IMG/VR virus record: IMGVR_UViG_3300044695_008209
Coordinates: 96,001-160,000 of that record
DNA: 64,000 nt
DNA from: a virus
Direction: 5' to 3' (one strand)
The position numbers and the translations under genes are program-made. Under the pieces are notes generated by a model. It saw only the letters and a list, made by a program, of their open reading frames with translations. It was not told the DNA's origin and made no database searches. Positions 37,259 through 46,999 of this stretch are shown here, piece by piece. Numbering within the stretch: the first letter of the stretch is position 1; the number at the start of each line of letters is the position of its first letter.

Positions 37259-37923
37259 CCTGGCTCCACGAAGGCGGCGCACTTGCACCCGCCGAAGATG
37301 CAGGTGCCTGCCGGCTTCATGCACCAGCCGGAGTCGTCCTCCTTCGGCATCCCCTTCAGCGGGGCCTCCCCGAGGTGGCTGTTGCGCTTGTGCCCGCACG
37401 TCCCGCAGAGGTTCTCGGGAGTCCCGTACTTGTCCGTCCAGTATGGCTCGGGGTCAGGCGGGCAGATGCAGTTCGACTCGAGATCGACGATCTGCTCCGA
37501 GAGGCGCATCTCCATGCAGTCGGGGCAGGGGTCGGGGGCGCGGATCTGTGAGCGCTTCCTGTCCTTCTCCACGCTCCACTCCCCGGGCAGCAGCGGAGTG
37601 CGCCGCTGGATCTCGCTGACCCGGATGAAGCACTGGTACGCGAGCTTCACAGAGATCGGGTCGGGGTTGGCGAGGTAGGTGAGTCCCTGGGTGTAGTAGG
37701 ACCGGACCTCCTCCGTGTACTTGCTGATCTGCGTCTCCGGGACGTCGGGGACAAGGCCGCCACCTCCGTCAGGGGTGACGACGAAGCGCAGGGGGTAGGT
37801 CACGTTGCGCACCTCGTGCTCGCGCCATTTCATCGCCTGAAGCCAGACCTGCCTGGCGTGCGCCATCTCAGCGGCGAACCTTGGGTCGGAGATGGAGTCT
37901 ACGTCTCGCGTTCCGAGCGACAT
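37255..37923 (-). CDS. Hypothetical protein with Cys-rich C-terminus
   Basis: GAGGAGG RBS; CPDC, CIC, CGTCGH, CxxGGCxC. Confidence 0.7.
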   Translation of the reverse strand: MSLGTRDVDSISDPRFAAEMAHARQVWLQAMKWREHEVRNVTYPLRFVVTPDGGGGLVPDVPETQISKYTEEVRSYYTQGLTYLANPDPISVKLAYQCFIRVSEIQRRTPLLPGEWSVEKDRKRSQIRAPDPCPDCMEMRLSEQIVDLESNCICPPDPEPYWTDKYGTPENLCGTCGHKRNSHLGEAPLKGMPKEDDSGWCMKPAGTCIFGGCKCAAFVEPG

Positions 37924-38245
37924 CGCTGTCCTCCTCGTAGGGGTTGACCTTCATCTCGGGCCCGAGACCGCGGATGAGGATGAGTGCCGTCCACCGAGTG
38001 CGGGGGTTCCCGATCCCGGAGGAGTCGAGCTCGGCGTTGTTGACGAAGCACCAGCTCTCGAGGAGCTGGCGCATGAAGGTGGACGTCGTCGCGGTCCACG
38101 TGGTGGAGGCGGTAAGGAACAGGACCCACTGGAGTGGGTCTGTCCGTTGAACGATCTGCGCGTCAAGCAGATCGCCGTCCAGGGCCCTGTTCGCCGAGGC
38201 GGCGAACAGGGGTACCCAGGCGAGCGAGGGTACGAGACCGGTCAC
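37868..38245 (-). CDS. Hypothetical protein (125 aa)
   Basis: GTGA coupling to upstream gene; GC3-rich. Confidence 0.55.
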   Translation of the reverse strand: MTGLVPSLAWVPLFAASANRALDGDLLDAQIVQRTDPLQWVLFLTASTTWTATTSTFMRQLLESWCFVNNAELDSSGIGNPRTRWTALILIRGLGPEMKVNPYEEDSDVARNARRRLHLRPKVRR

Positions 38246-39033
38246 GCTTCGGCCATCTCCTGCCCGTCGCGCACCGCCGAGAGGATGTCCGGATCCACTG
38301 CGCTCAATCCCGCCTCCTTGAACGCGGCACCCATGGTCGTATCCGCGTGCACCTCCAGCAGCGAGTAGTGCGGGGTGGGCTCGGCGAGGATCTCCAGCGT
38401 CACACGGGACCCGATCCCAGCGCGGCTCCGGAGCTGGGCGTGGAGTTTCGGGACGATCTCACTGAGGGGAGCGTCTCCCTTCTCGAGGACGGACTTCGGG
38501 TCCCCCGGAGTCATCCAGCGCACTGGCACCACCACCGCGGTCTTCCTCCCGTCGTCGTGCTCTTCCACCACCGTCGCCGCCAGGTACGGCACCAGGTGGA
38601 GCATGCGGGTGCGGACGTCCCACTCGAGGCCGATACCGCCGCCCATGACCTGGCCGTCCACGATGACAGGCACGTTCGGCCCCGCCCAGAACACGTCCTT
38701 CGGGGGGACCCAGAGGTGGTACTGCTTCAGCGGAGAGCTGTCGTTGATCGCGGCGCTGAAGACCCGGCCGTCACGAACACGCAGGGAGCCCCCGTCGATC
38801 GGGAAGTGCCGGAGGGTGTTGTTGAGGGCCGCGCGCGCGGATTCCATGCTGCTGTCGCGCCCGACGATCCCAGGCATGGTGGACCACATCCGAGGCACGC
38901 CACGGCTGTCGACCCCGCCGAACACCGCGATGGTGGTCCAGTGCGGCGGGATGGAGATGGTTTCGCCATCCTGAGCGTGGCTGGAGGCGGGAAGAAGGCG
39001 GCATTCGAGGCCGAGCGTGAAGACGTGGTTCAT
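38242..39033 (-). CDS. Hypothetical protein (263 aa)
   Basis: AAGGA RBS; first gene after CATAAG at 39075. Confidence 0.7.
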   Translation of the reverse strand: MNHVFTLGLECRLLPASSHAQDGETISIPPHWTTIAVFGGVDSRGVPRMWSTMPGIVGRDSSMESARAALNNTLRHFPIDGGSLRVRDGRVFSAAINDSSPLKQYHLWVPPKDVFWAGPNVPVIVDGQVMGGGIGLEWDVRTRMLHLVPYLAATVVEEHDDGRKTAVVVPVRWMTPGDPKSVLEKGDAPLSEIVPKLHAQLRSRAGIGSRVTLEILAEPTPHYSLLEVHADTTMGAAFKEAGLSAVDPDILSAVRDGQEMAEA

Positions 39034-39088
39034 GGATGATCCTTGTTGTAGCTGGCGGGAGTTGCCAGTACAGGCTTATGGCAAGATC

Positions 39089-40882
39089 ATGAAGCCTTTA
39101 GGGTCTGCAGATCCCCTGGACGTCTTCCGCCTGATCAGGCAGGAGTCCTCCGACGGCGTCCTCGAGGACTACCCGAACGAGTGGGACTACGAGCCCCCCG
39201 TGCCGGACGTCTCCCCGTGGGAGTACACGGACGCGATGAGGGGGGCGAACGACCTCCTCGAGGTGTCCCCCTCCCAGTTCGTCGAGACCTCGATCCTGAT
39301 GCCGGACGCGGAGACGAAGACGCTCGTCCCGTTCGACTTCACGCACCGCCCGTACCTGCGCCGCATCTACGACACCCCGAGCAAGCGCGTCCTCTTGATG
39401 TGCGCGCGGCAGGTCGAGAAGTCGACCACCCTCGGGAACCGCATCCTCGCGGTCAGCTGCCTCATCCCGCACTTCCGCACGCTCTACGTCTCGCCCTCCG
39501 CGCAGCAGACGCAGGAGTTCAGCAAGACCCGCATCCGCGAACTCCTCGAGACGTCTCCCGACCTGCGGCGCTGGTTCCCCGCGCACCTCACGGACAACGT
39601 CTTCGAGAAGCGCGCGATCAACCGCAGCACGGTGACCCTGCGGTACGCGTTCTTGAACGCGGACCGGTGCCGTGGTCTTCGCGCCGACTTGGTGGCGCTG
39701 GACGAGATCCAACACATCCACCTCGAGAACATCCCCGTCATCGAGGAGGCGGCGTCCCACTCCCCCTACCGGAACTTCATCTACTCGGGCACCCCGCTCA
39801 CGCTCGACAACCCGATGGAGCACTACTGGTCGAACTTCTCCACCCAGAACGAGTGGGCCGTCCCCTGCGAGCGCCACGGTGTGCCGAAGGACCCCGGGTC
39901 CTGGCACTGGAACATCCTCGGCGAGGACAACATCGGGAAGCTGGGGCTCATCTGCGACAAGTGCGGAGGGCGCATCAACGCGGCGCACCCGCAGGCGCAG
40001 TGGGTCCGCACCGGCTCTCCCGACCCCACGCTGAGCGTCTTCGAGGGGTTCCGGATCCCGCAGCTCATGGTGCCGTGGATCGACTGGAAGGATCTGTACA
40101 CCAAGTACCAGGACTACCCGCGGGCCATGTTCTTCAACGAGTGCCTCGGGCTCTCGTTCGACAGCGGGCAGCGGCCCCTCTCGGCGGCCGACATCCAGCT
40201 GAACTGCGACGACGAGCAGCGGCTCAGCCCGGAGAACGTGAAGCTGTGGAAGGAGAAGCTCGCCGGCGTGCCCCTCTACGGCGGCATCGACTGGGGACAG
40301 GACAGCTCGAAGTCGTACACGGTGATGAAGGTCGGAGGGTACTACCGCGGGAAGTTCCGCGTCATCTTCGCGCACCGCTTCGTGGGGGCGGAGTCCGACA
40401 TCCGCGCGCAGATGGACAAGATCTGCCGCATCATCGACACCTTCCAGCTCGCCAGGGTCGGCGTTGACTACGGCGGCGGTCTTCACCCCAACGACGAGCT
40501 CCTGCGGAAGTACGGATCCCAGCGCATCGTGCGTTTCCAGTACTCGACCCCCAGCGTCTACATGAAGTGGGACGCCCAGCTGGGCCGTTACATCATCCAC
40601 CGCTCGGAGGTGATGTCGGCGCTCTTCAACGCCATCAAGCGCGGGAACGTCTACCGCTTCCCCGCGTGGAAGGACTTCTCGCAGCCGTTCGCCGCCGACA
40701 TGCTCTCGATCTTCTCCGAGTACAATGAGTTCATGCACATGACCCAGTACAAGAAGTCGCCGAACAACACCGACGACTCCTTCCACGCGCTGCTGTTCAT
40801 GACGTGCGCATCCATGCTGGACACCCCCCGCCCCGACATCTTCGTCCCCAACGCCGCGATCGACCGTCGCCTTGCGGACTAA
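39089..40882 (+). CDS. terL: Terminase large subunit, lambda GpA-like (start uncertain; 39089 preferred)
   Basis: ARQVEKST Walker A variant, RGLRADLVALDE Walker B, IYSGTP, Zn-ribbon CERH...CDKC, nuclease GGIDWG / GVDYG / DDSFHA. Confidence 0.9.
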   Translation: MKPLGSADPLDVFRLIRQESSDGVLEDYPNEWDYEPPVPDVSPWEYTDAMRGANDLLEVSPSQFVETSILMPDAETKTLVPFDFTHRPYLRRIYDTPSKRVLLMCARQVEKSTTLGNRILAVSCLIPHFRTLYVSPSAQQTQEFSKTRIRELLETSPDLRRWFPAHLTDNVFEKRAINRSTVTLRYAFLNADRCRGLRADLVALDEIQHIHLENIPVIEEAASHSPYRNFIYSGTPLTLDNPMEHYWSNFSTQNEWAVPCERHGVPKDPGSWHWNILGEDNIGKLGLICDKCGGRINAAHPQAQWVRTGSPDPTLSVFEGFRIPQLMVPWIDWKDLYTKYQDYPRAMFFNECLGLSFDSGQRPLSAADIQLNCDDEQRLSPENVKLWKEKLAGVPLYGGIDWGQDSSKSYTVMKVGGYYRGKFRVIFAHRFVGAESDIRAQMDKICRIIDTFQLARVGVDYGGGLHPNDELLRKYGSQRIVRFQYSTPSVYMKWDAQLGRYIIHRSEVMSALFNAIKRGNVYRFPAWKDFSQPFAADMLSIFSEYNEFMHMTQYKKSPNNTDDSFHALLFMTCASMLDTPRPDIFVPNAAIDRRLAD

Positions 40883-40891
40883 GAAGACGCA

Positions 40892-40920
40892 CGGGAGGAG
40901 GGCTTGTGGCCCCCCTCCCG
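40892..40920. terminator. Hairpin at convergent gene ends
   Basis: CGGGAGGAGGGC-TTGTG-GCCCCCCTCCCG. Confidence 0.6.
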
Positions 40921-40942
40921 ATTGTCACCTGACCTCTCCCGC

Positions 40943-41407
40943 TCAGCTCGCCGCGGCCTTCTTGCCCGCCGGCTTCTTCTCGGCCGCGGGCTCCTCCTCT
41001 TCCGAGTCCGCCGTCTTGACCGGCTTGGCGGCCGCGTCAACGAGAGACTGTCCGAAGGCCTTCTGCTCCTCGTCGGTCTTGCCGGACATGGCCATGTAGG
41101 CCTTCCGGACGTTCTCGTCCTCGACCATGCTCTTGCCGAGCTTGCCCAGCTGGCGGGCGTTCTCTGCCGCGTGCACCTCGACGTCGCGGCCCAGGAACCA
41201 GAACCCGGCCTCGGTCACCACGACCACGGCGACCGTCGCCCCGATGATGACCTTCATCGAGAGGACCACGGGGGCTCCGCGGAAGTACTGGGTGGCGGCG
41301 GGCACCGCCCAGCCGAGGATGGTGACGGTGGCTGCTGCGGTGGCGACCGGGGCGCTGTACCCGAACAGGCGGCGGCGGAGAACTTCGAGCTTGCTGATGG
41401 CGTTCAT
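40943..41407 (-). CDS. Membrane protein with two hydrophobic segments and charged tail
   Basis: GAGG RBS; VATAAATVTILGWAV and VIIGATVAVVVVTEAGFWFLG. Confidence 0.72.
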   Translation of the reverse strand: MNAISKLEVLRRRLFGYSAPVATAAATVTILGWAVPAATQYFRGAPVVLSMKVIIGATVAVVVVTEAGFWFLGRDVEVHAAENARQLGKLGKSMVEDENVRKAYMAMSGKTDEEQKAFGQSLVDAAAKPVKTADSEEEEPAAEKKPAGKKAAAS

Positions 41408-41508
41408 GTTGACCTCTGTGAGATGAGATGGACGGGGGAAGGCAGCCGGTGATTGCTGTCACCTACCTTATGCCAGGTTCTTGGTGTCTTTTTAGCGAGT
41501 AGCGGTCA

Positions 41509-41967
41509 CTACCCCAGGTTCAGCCGCGGATGGCCCACCTTCTGCCGGGAGGGACGCACGTCGCTCTGCTGCTGGGCGCGCACCAGCGCGGACAGCTCGC
41601 GCACCTGCTGGTGCAGGTCCGTGACCTGCGCGGTGAGCACCGCGATGTGCTCGTCCGGGGTCACATCCGGTACCACAGCCGCGCGCTCCTCCAGGGCGCG
41701 CACGCGGCCCTCCAGCTCGGCCCACTGGTCCACCGTCGCCTGGGACTGCGTACCGAACTTGCTCTGCAGGTCCTTGAGGGCACCGGCGATGGCGTCGAGC
41801 TCTGTCCGGAGATCGGGCCCCGTGCTCGCTGGGGGAGGCGCCGGCGTACTGGCAGTCTCGCGGGCTTCGGGCTTCCGGGACCGCGGTGCCCGGGCGGGGC
41901 GAGCAGGTTCTCCCCCGCGTGCCACGCGATCGACTTCATCCGCCGCTGCGGTTCGTGCATCCTTCAT
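41509..41967 (-). CDS. Coiled-coil hypothetical protein (152 aa; start ATG 41967)
   Basis: AGGAG RBS, GGCATAAG 35 nt upstream. Confidence 0.65.
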   Translation of the reverse strand: MKDARTAAADEVDRVARGGEPARPARAPRSRKPEARETASTPAPPPASTGPDLRTELDAIAGALKDLQSKFGTQSQATVDQWAELEGRVRALEERAAVVPDVTPDEHIAVLTAQVTDLHQQVRELSALVRAQQQSDVRPSRQKVGHPRLNLG

Positions 41968-42002
41968 GAGAACTCCTGGAGTGATGTTGACTTCCAGGAT
42001 TC

Positions 42003-42734
42003 TTATGCCGACTTTTCGCGCCCCTTCTGCCGTGCGCGAGAGAGCAGGGACTCGCGGATGGACGCGGGAGAGTCGAGCAACGCTGCGCGACGCAGTTCCC
42101 GATCCGGGTCCGTGTTGTACAGGTCGTCGTAGCAGAGCGCGGTCACGCGGAGGCGCCGGCGTCCTTCCGTGAGGCGGCGGTGCATCATCTGCAGGTCCAC
42201 GTCGGTCTTGTACGAGGGGTGCTCGTACGTGTGGACGATGAGGGTGATGCAAAGGCGCAAGAACGTGCTCCAGGGCCGCGGTTCTGCCACCGCAGCGGCG
42301 ACGATGGCGAGGTCCTCCTCGTTGAGCTGGATGAAGATCTCCGCCCACTGCGAGAGGTTGTCGATGGACCAGCCTGTCTTGTGCAGGTCGGCGACGGCAG
42401 CCTCGTAGATGGCGCGCGCGGTCGGAGCGTCGAGGCGCAGCGGTGTCTCGTGCATGTCCAAGACCCGGAGGATCACGTCCATCTCGGAGCGGAGTCGTCG
42501 AAGCGCTGCGCGCATCTCCAGGATCTCGCCCTGCCGCGCAGCGGGGGTTCTCACCGTCGAGTGGATCTTGTCCTTGCGGAGTTCCTCGACCTCGAGGGGA
42601 GCGAGCCACTTGCGGCGGCTCCCCGAGGTCGTGGTAGTCGACAACAGCCCTTGGGCGATGTACTTTCGGACGGACCGCTGCGTGACACCGAGGTGCCGAG
42701 CAGCTTCTTCGATCGACATCGCCTCCTCTGCCAT
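42003..42734 (-). CDS. HTH (MerR/excisionase-like) DNA-binding protein (start moved to ATG 42734)
   Basis: MSIEEAARHLGVTQRSVRKYIAQGLL; GGGAG RBS; coiled coil follows. Confidence 0.82.
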   Translation of the reverse strand: MAEEAMSIEEAARHLGVTQRSVRKYIAQGLLSTTTTSGSRRKWLAPLEVEELRKDKIHSTVRTPAARQGEILEMRAALRRLRSEMDVILRVLDMHETPLRLDAPTARAIYEAAVADLHKTGWSIDNLSQWAEIFIQLNEEDLAIVAAAVAEPRPWSTFLRLCITLIVHTYEHPSYKTDVDLQMMHRRLTEGRRRLRVTALCYDDLYNTDPDRELRRAALLDSPASIRESLLSRARQKGREKSA

Positions 42735-42801
42735 CACGAACTCCCGTGCGCGTGTCCGAGAAAGGGTATATTCGGACGTACAGGTGACAAGGTAACCCGA
42801 G

Positions 42802-43716
42802 ATGACCCACTTCATCGAAGTGACCGAGCACTCCCTGCGGGACTTGTCCCGGCGGGCGACCACGCTCTATCTCAGCCCGGGCTCTGCTACGCCTTGCTCT
42901 CCGACGGAGGCCGTCATCAAGGTCGCGTCCGCCTTCACGGATGCGCCTCTCACGAGCGAGCACGTTCGCCGCATCTGCGAGATGACCTACCACGACATCT
43001 TCGAGCAGTCCTTCCGTGGGAGCGCCGGGCCCGACCGCATGGTCTCGTTCGATCCCCCCGATGCAGAGAAGGTCGCGTCCGCTATCCGGGCGCGGCGCCT
43101 CGACTCGTTCAGCGCGAAGGTGGCGAGTGCCCCCCGCGCAGGAGGCACCACGATGGACAAGAACGCTGATGCTCTGGCCGGACGCGCGCCGCCGGTACAG
43201 AACGCGTTCAGCGCGGCCATGCGTGCTGTCGCCCCCGACCGCTCTGGGATGAAGAAGGAGGCCCGCGCCTCGCTTCATCACACGCGTGTCCAGTTGAAGG
43301 AGGCGGAGACCGCCCTTCGTGTCGACCTGGCAACCGCTGTCGGCTCGGAGAAGGTGGCCTTCCTGGACCTCCTCAACGGCGCAGTACACGCCGTCCACCA
43401 GGGCGTGCCGGCGATGGCAGTGGTCACCGCGTGCCTCGAGTTCGCCAAGTCTGCAGGAGCTGAGGACGACCTCGTGCTCGAGGGTCTCGCCACGGACCTG
43501 CTGCGCGGGTTCGCCCGACGCGGCGTCGCCCTCAGCGGTGAGAAGGTCGCGAGCCTGAACGGGCTGTTCGTCAACGAGCGGCACCCCCTTCGCTCTCAGG
43601 TGATCAAGGTGGCGGAGCTTCGCGGCTACCGGATCCACGGAGAGATCGCGCTGCAGGACGTGCGCACCCAGATGCAACGTGTCGAGCGGGAGCTGCAGGA
43701 TGTCCTCTACCAGTAG
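42802..43716 (+). CDS. Probable head protein with multiple K-V-A motifs
   Basis: IKVAS, EKVAS x2, AKVAS, EKVAF, IKVAE. Confidence 0.75.
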   Translation: MTHFIEVTEHSLRDLSRRATTLYLSPGSATPCSPTEAVIKVASAFTDAPLTSEHVRRICEMTYHDIFEQSFRGSAGPDRMVSFDPPDAEKVASAIRARRLDSFSAKVASAPRAGGTTMDKNADALAGRAPPVQNAFSAAMRAVAPDRSGMKKEARASLHHTRVQLKEAETALRVDLATAVGSEKVAFLDLLNGAVHAVHQGVPAMAVVTACLEFAKSAGAEDDLVLEGLATDLLRGFARRGVALSGEKVASLNGLFVNERHPLRSQVIKVAELRGYRIHGEIALQDVRTQMQRVERELQDVLYQ

Positions 43717-43984
43717 AGCGCCGTCGGGTCCGCTCACCGAGTGGGCCAAGTCCGCAGGCCTCATCTCCTCGGGGGTGTCGCTGGCTGGGCGTGGTCTGGC
43801 CGCGACGGGCAAGGGTGTCTGGAACGCTGCCGGGCACCTTGCCCCGAACCCGCTGATGCGGGCGGGGCTCATCGGGGCGAGCACGGTCGCTGTAGGATCC
43901 CAGGTCCCGCAGCTTGCCGGGCGGATGTCCCAGGACTACCACTACGCCAACGGCACCGCCCCTACCACCAACCGAGGATTCTGA
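43700..43984 (+). CDS. Small K-x-A / glycine-zipper protein (94 aa)
   Basis: GGGAG RBS; WAKSAG, NPLMRAGLIG. Confidence 0.6.
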   Translation: MSSTSRAPSGPLTEWAKSAGLISSGVSLAGRGLAATGKGVWNAAGHLAPNPLMRAGLIGASTVAVGSQVPQLAGRMSQDYHYANGTAPTTNRGF

Positions 43985-45007
43985 ATGGACACCACACTCG
44001 TCGAGATCCTGGCTGCGCACGGGTCGGGCCGTATCAGCGCCGAGGGCGCCGCCCGGAGCGTGAAGCTGGCCAGCATGCTCGGGATGAAGAAGGAGGCCCT
44101 GAATCTCCCGCCGTCGGTGATGGCGGCCCTCGGCAAGCTCAACCCCAGCCAGTCGACGCGCGACGCCATGGTCCACGGGCTCGCGGCCAGCGGTGCGATC
44201 GGTGCTGCTGGGATGGGAGTGCACGCGCTCTCTTCCGGTGCTCGCGCGCTGACCGAGAGGTACTCCAAGAAGAAGGACCTCGAGAAGATCCTCCAGACCT
44301 TCCCGCGTCTGCGGGAGTACCCGCAGGCCGAGATCGACCTCGCGTACAACTCCATCCGGCACATGAACCCTCACATCGCGAGCGACCCGCTCGCGGGCGG
44401 TTCCCTTCTCGGCCAGGTGCTGCGGCAGCGGGACTCGCTGGACCCCAAGACGCTGCGCATGGAGGTCGACCTCGCCGGGAACCTGCTGCGTCTCCGTCCG
44501 GAAGAGCAGCACATCGGCGAGGAGATCATGCGCGACGCCACGAGCGCCGGCATGGCGATGGGCTTCCAGGAGGCTGCCAAGGCGCGCGACCGCGCGCAGG
44601 CGGAGGCCTTCCAGTTCGGAGAGAACCAGAAGAACCGCGACGCCCAGAGTGCGCTGCAGACCCAGCAGCTGCGTGCTCAGGGCGGCATCGCCCAGGCCAA
44701 CCTGAACCTCAAGAAAAAGGAGATGGCCAACCGCGTGAAGGAGATGGCCGCTGCGCGCGCCGCCTCTGAACGGGACTCGAAGACCGAGCACGGCCGTCGA
44801 ATCTCCCTCGCCGAGCGGATGCAGACCTTCCAGCGGGAGGAGAACGAGAAGGGCCACAACCGGCAGGACGAGCGCCTCTTCCCGCAGGCAATCCTGCGCG
44901 GCGCCGTACTCAACGAGTACATGGACCCGCTGACAGGCCAGTCGATCCCGCCCTCCATCGGGGACGTTCAGCATCTCTACCCCAGCCTGCGCCGCTTCAT
45001 GCCCTGA
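43985..45007 (+). CDS. Probable head protein, coiled-coil C-terminus
   Basis: GAGG RBS; VKLAS, KKEAL; TGATG coupling to protease. Confidence 0.72.
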   Translation: MDTTLVEILAAHGSGRISAEGAARSVKLASMLGMKKEALNLPPSVMAALGKLNPSQSTRDAMVHGLAASGAIGAAGMGVHALSSGARALTERYSKKKDLEKILQTFPRLREYPQAEIDLAYNSIRHMNPHIASDPLAGGSLLGQVLRQRDSLDPKTLRMEVDLAGNLLRLRPEEQHIGEEIMRDATSAGMAMGFQEAAKARDRAQAEAFQFGENQKNRDAQSALQTQQLRAQGGIAQANLNLKKKEMANRVKEMAAARAASERDSKTEHGRRISLAERMQTFQREENEKGHNRQDERLFPQAILRGAVLNEYMDPLTGQSIPPSIGDVQHLYPSLRRFMP

Positions 45008-46920
45008 TGGAGAAGTACTTCCAACTCCACGGGAAGACGGCCGAGGGCCGTCCTCTGATCCACCTGGTCGAGCCGGGCACCCGGTACGGCCTGGGTGCGT
45101 CTGCGGGGTTAGAGAAGGTCGCGGGCGGAGAGCACCTGCCGGAAGTGCTGGAGCTCATCGAGTCTATCCAGCCGCAGTCCGACCGGCTCTACCTCGTGAA
45201 CAGCGCGCTGGGTGCGGGGGAGTACGTCGGGTTCAACCTCCGGGGCGACTGGTTCGGCGAGCGCGGCCTCCTCCACACGCCACCCGGCTGGGACCGGATC
45301 CCTGTGTGGGACGTGGACGCGCGGCGGCGCGCGGCGAGTTCGACCGAGCGCGCTGGCGACTGGGGGATGCTCGCGTGGGGCTACCCCACGTTCATGAACG
45401 CCCACCGGTTCCGCCACCACGTGAACAAGGACCCCGAGAAGGCGTACGGCTACGTCCTCGGTGCGTTCTGGGACGCACGCATGCACCGCGTGGTCCTTGT
45501 GTCGGAGCTGGTGCGTGAGATGTGCGCGCGCCTGGGGGCCGTCGACCTCTACGACCGGATCGCCGGCGGGGAGTTCCCGGACACCTCGATGGGCGCGAAG
45601 GTCCCGTACGATCGGTGCTCGATCTGCAACCACTACGCGCGCTCACCGGCCGACTATTGCCTGCACGTGCGCCAAGGCGCATCCCCTCCCTACGGGATGC
45701 GGGCGATCCTCGGCGACGGACGCATGTGCGGGGTCTACAACGACTACCCCCGCTTCTTCGACGACTCGTACGTCTTCATCGGCGCGGAGCGATCCGCCAA
45801 GGTGATGGCCAACATCACCTCGCAGCTGAAGGGCACCCGCGCGTACACGAACCAGCTGTTCCAGCCGGGGGCGAGTCTCTCGACTCGTGAGGTGACCGCA
45901 GACGCTCCTGCCAGTCCGCTCGAGGAACGGAACGAGCGGCTCGGACTGGCCGTGGCAGGAGTCCTCAACTCCCGCGTTCGCGGTCCGAACGAGAGCCGTG
46001 TCAGCGAGGCCATCTCACAAGCGCTGTCGGCGGTGCCCGTCTCGAAGAATGACGCCGAGGCGAAGGCGATGCAGCACGCCGAGGAGCTGCTGCGCCGGCG
46101 CGCCGCGGTCTCCGACCACACAGTTTCGGAGGACGAGCTCCGCTTCTGGGAGGGCAAGGCGTCGAGAGACCTGAGCGATCGCCACAGCGTCACCACGGCC
46201 CAGCGGGACCGTGCAGTCGCCATCCTGCGCTCGCGCATGGACCAGATGGGCTCGACGGAGAAGCTCGGAACGCTCGCGAAGTGGGCCACCATGACGAAGC
46301 GGCTACCGGCACCGGACAGCACGCAGTACGCCCTGCTCCGCGACCACGTCGGACGCCTGACACCGGTTCTTCCGCAGCGCGTGTACGACGAGTGCAGTTC
46401 TTCGGTACCGGGCATGTGGCGAGGGCTGTCCGGACTGTCGGCCCTCGGGATCGTCCTTCGCCCCGAAGAGTTCCAGCAGTGCGCGCTGCGTGGCATGGGG
46501 GAGGACGCCCTGTCCGACCACTGCACGTTGGAGGGACTCCGGTTCCAGCCCACCCCGCGCGACCCGTACCATGAGCCCCGGTGGATTCCACACATCCCCG
46601 CCACCGGTGATCTACAGCGACTCGTACAGCTGCTCGGCTCCGTCCTGCAGGGACGCTCGTTTGCTCCGAGTGCGGTGCACGTACGGATCCTGACACCACC
46701 ACCGCTCGTGGGTCCTCGATCCGAGCGCGTTGTGGATGAACCGGTCTTGAATCAGGTATCTCAGATGTACAACGACTACCGGATGGGGTTGTTGGCGCGA
46801 GATGCCGACTGGAGCTATGTGCCTTTGGGTGCTCGTTCCGGTGCCTTCTCTCTCGACAGTAAGACCGCCGCCGCTGCCGATGCCGTCTCCGCACTTCTTC
46901 TTCATCTTGCACACTGGTAG
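45007..46920 (+). CDS. Prohead (maturation) serine protease, HK97/herpes-assemblin-like fold, with Cys-rich insert and C-terminal extension
   Basis: FRHHVNKD (His), DTSMG (Ser), CSIC...C, FFDDSYV...GA; position upstream of scaffold and capsid genes. Confidence 0.72.
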   Translation: MEKYFQLHGKTAEGRPLIHLVEPGTRYGLGASAGLEKVAGGEHLPEVLELIESIQPQSDRLYLVNSALGAGEYVGFNLRGDWFGERGLLHTPPGWDRIPVWDVDARRRAASSTERAGDWGMLAWGYPTFMNAHRFRHHVNKDPEKAYGYVLGAFWDARMHRVVLVSELVREMCARLGAVDLYDRIAGGEFPDTSMGAKVPYDRCSICNHYARSPADYCLHVRQGASPPYGMRAILGDGRMCGVYNDYPRFFDDSYVFIGAERSAKVMANITSQLKGTRAYTNQLFQPGASLSTREVTADAPASPLEERNERLGLAVAGVLNSRVRGPNESRVSEAISQALSAVPVSKNDAEAKAMQHAEELLRRRAAVSDHTVSEDELRFWEGKASRDLSDRHSVTTAQRDRAVAILRSRMDQMGSTEKLGTLAKWATMTKRLPAPDSTQYALLRDHVGRLTPVLPQRVYDECSSSVPGMWRGLSGLSALGIVLRPEEFQQCALRGMGEDALSDHCTLEGLRFQPTPRDPYHEPRWIPHIPATGDLQRLVQLLGSVLQGRSFAPSAVHVRILTPPPLVGPRSERVVDEPVLNQVSQMYNDYRMGLLARDADWSYVPLGARSGAFSLDSKTAAAADAVSALLLHLAHW

Positions 46921-46999
46921 TCCGCCATCATAGGATAGAGACCTTGGCGGCGACCGGCGAAAAGCCATCCCACCGAAACCCTCCTGGAGCTCGAACCGA

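Noticed and set aside
39017-39088. ORF-track start of terL at 39017 (also extended starts at 10919, 12702, 22519, 50787, 53706, 55871, 56970)
   Set aside because: The extensions overlap opposite or neighbouring genes and promoters; downstream starts have RBS or stop-start coupling
40943-41407. Holin
   Set aside because: No endolysin or spanin nearby, and it lies on the non-structural strand
42003-42734. Excisionase implying a prophage
   Set aside because: No integrase or att site seen; this HTH class is common in regulators
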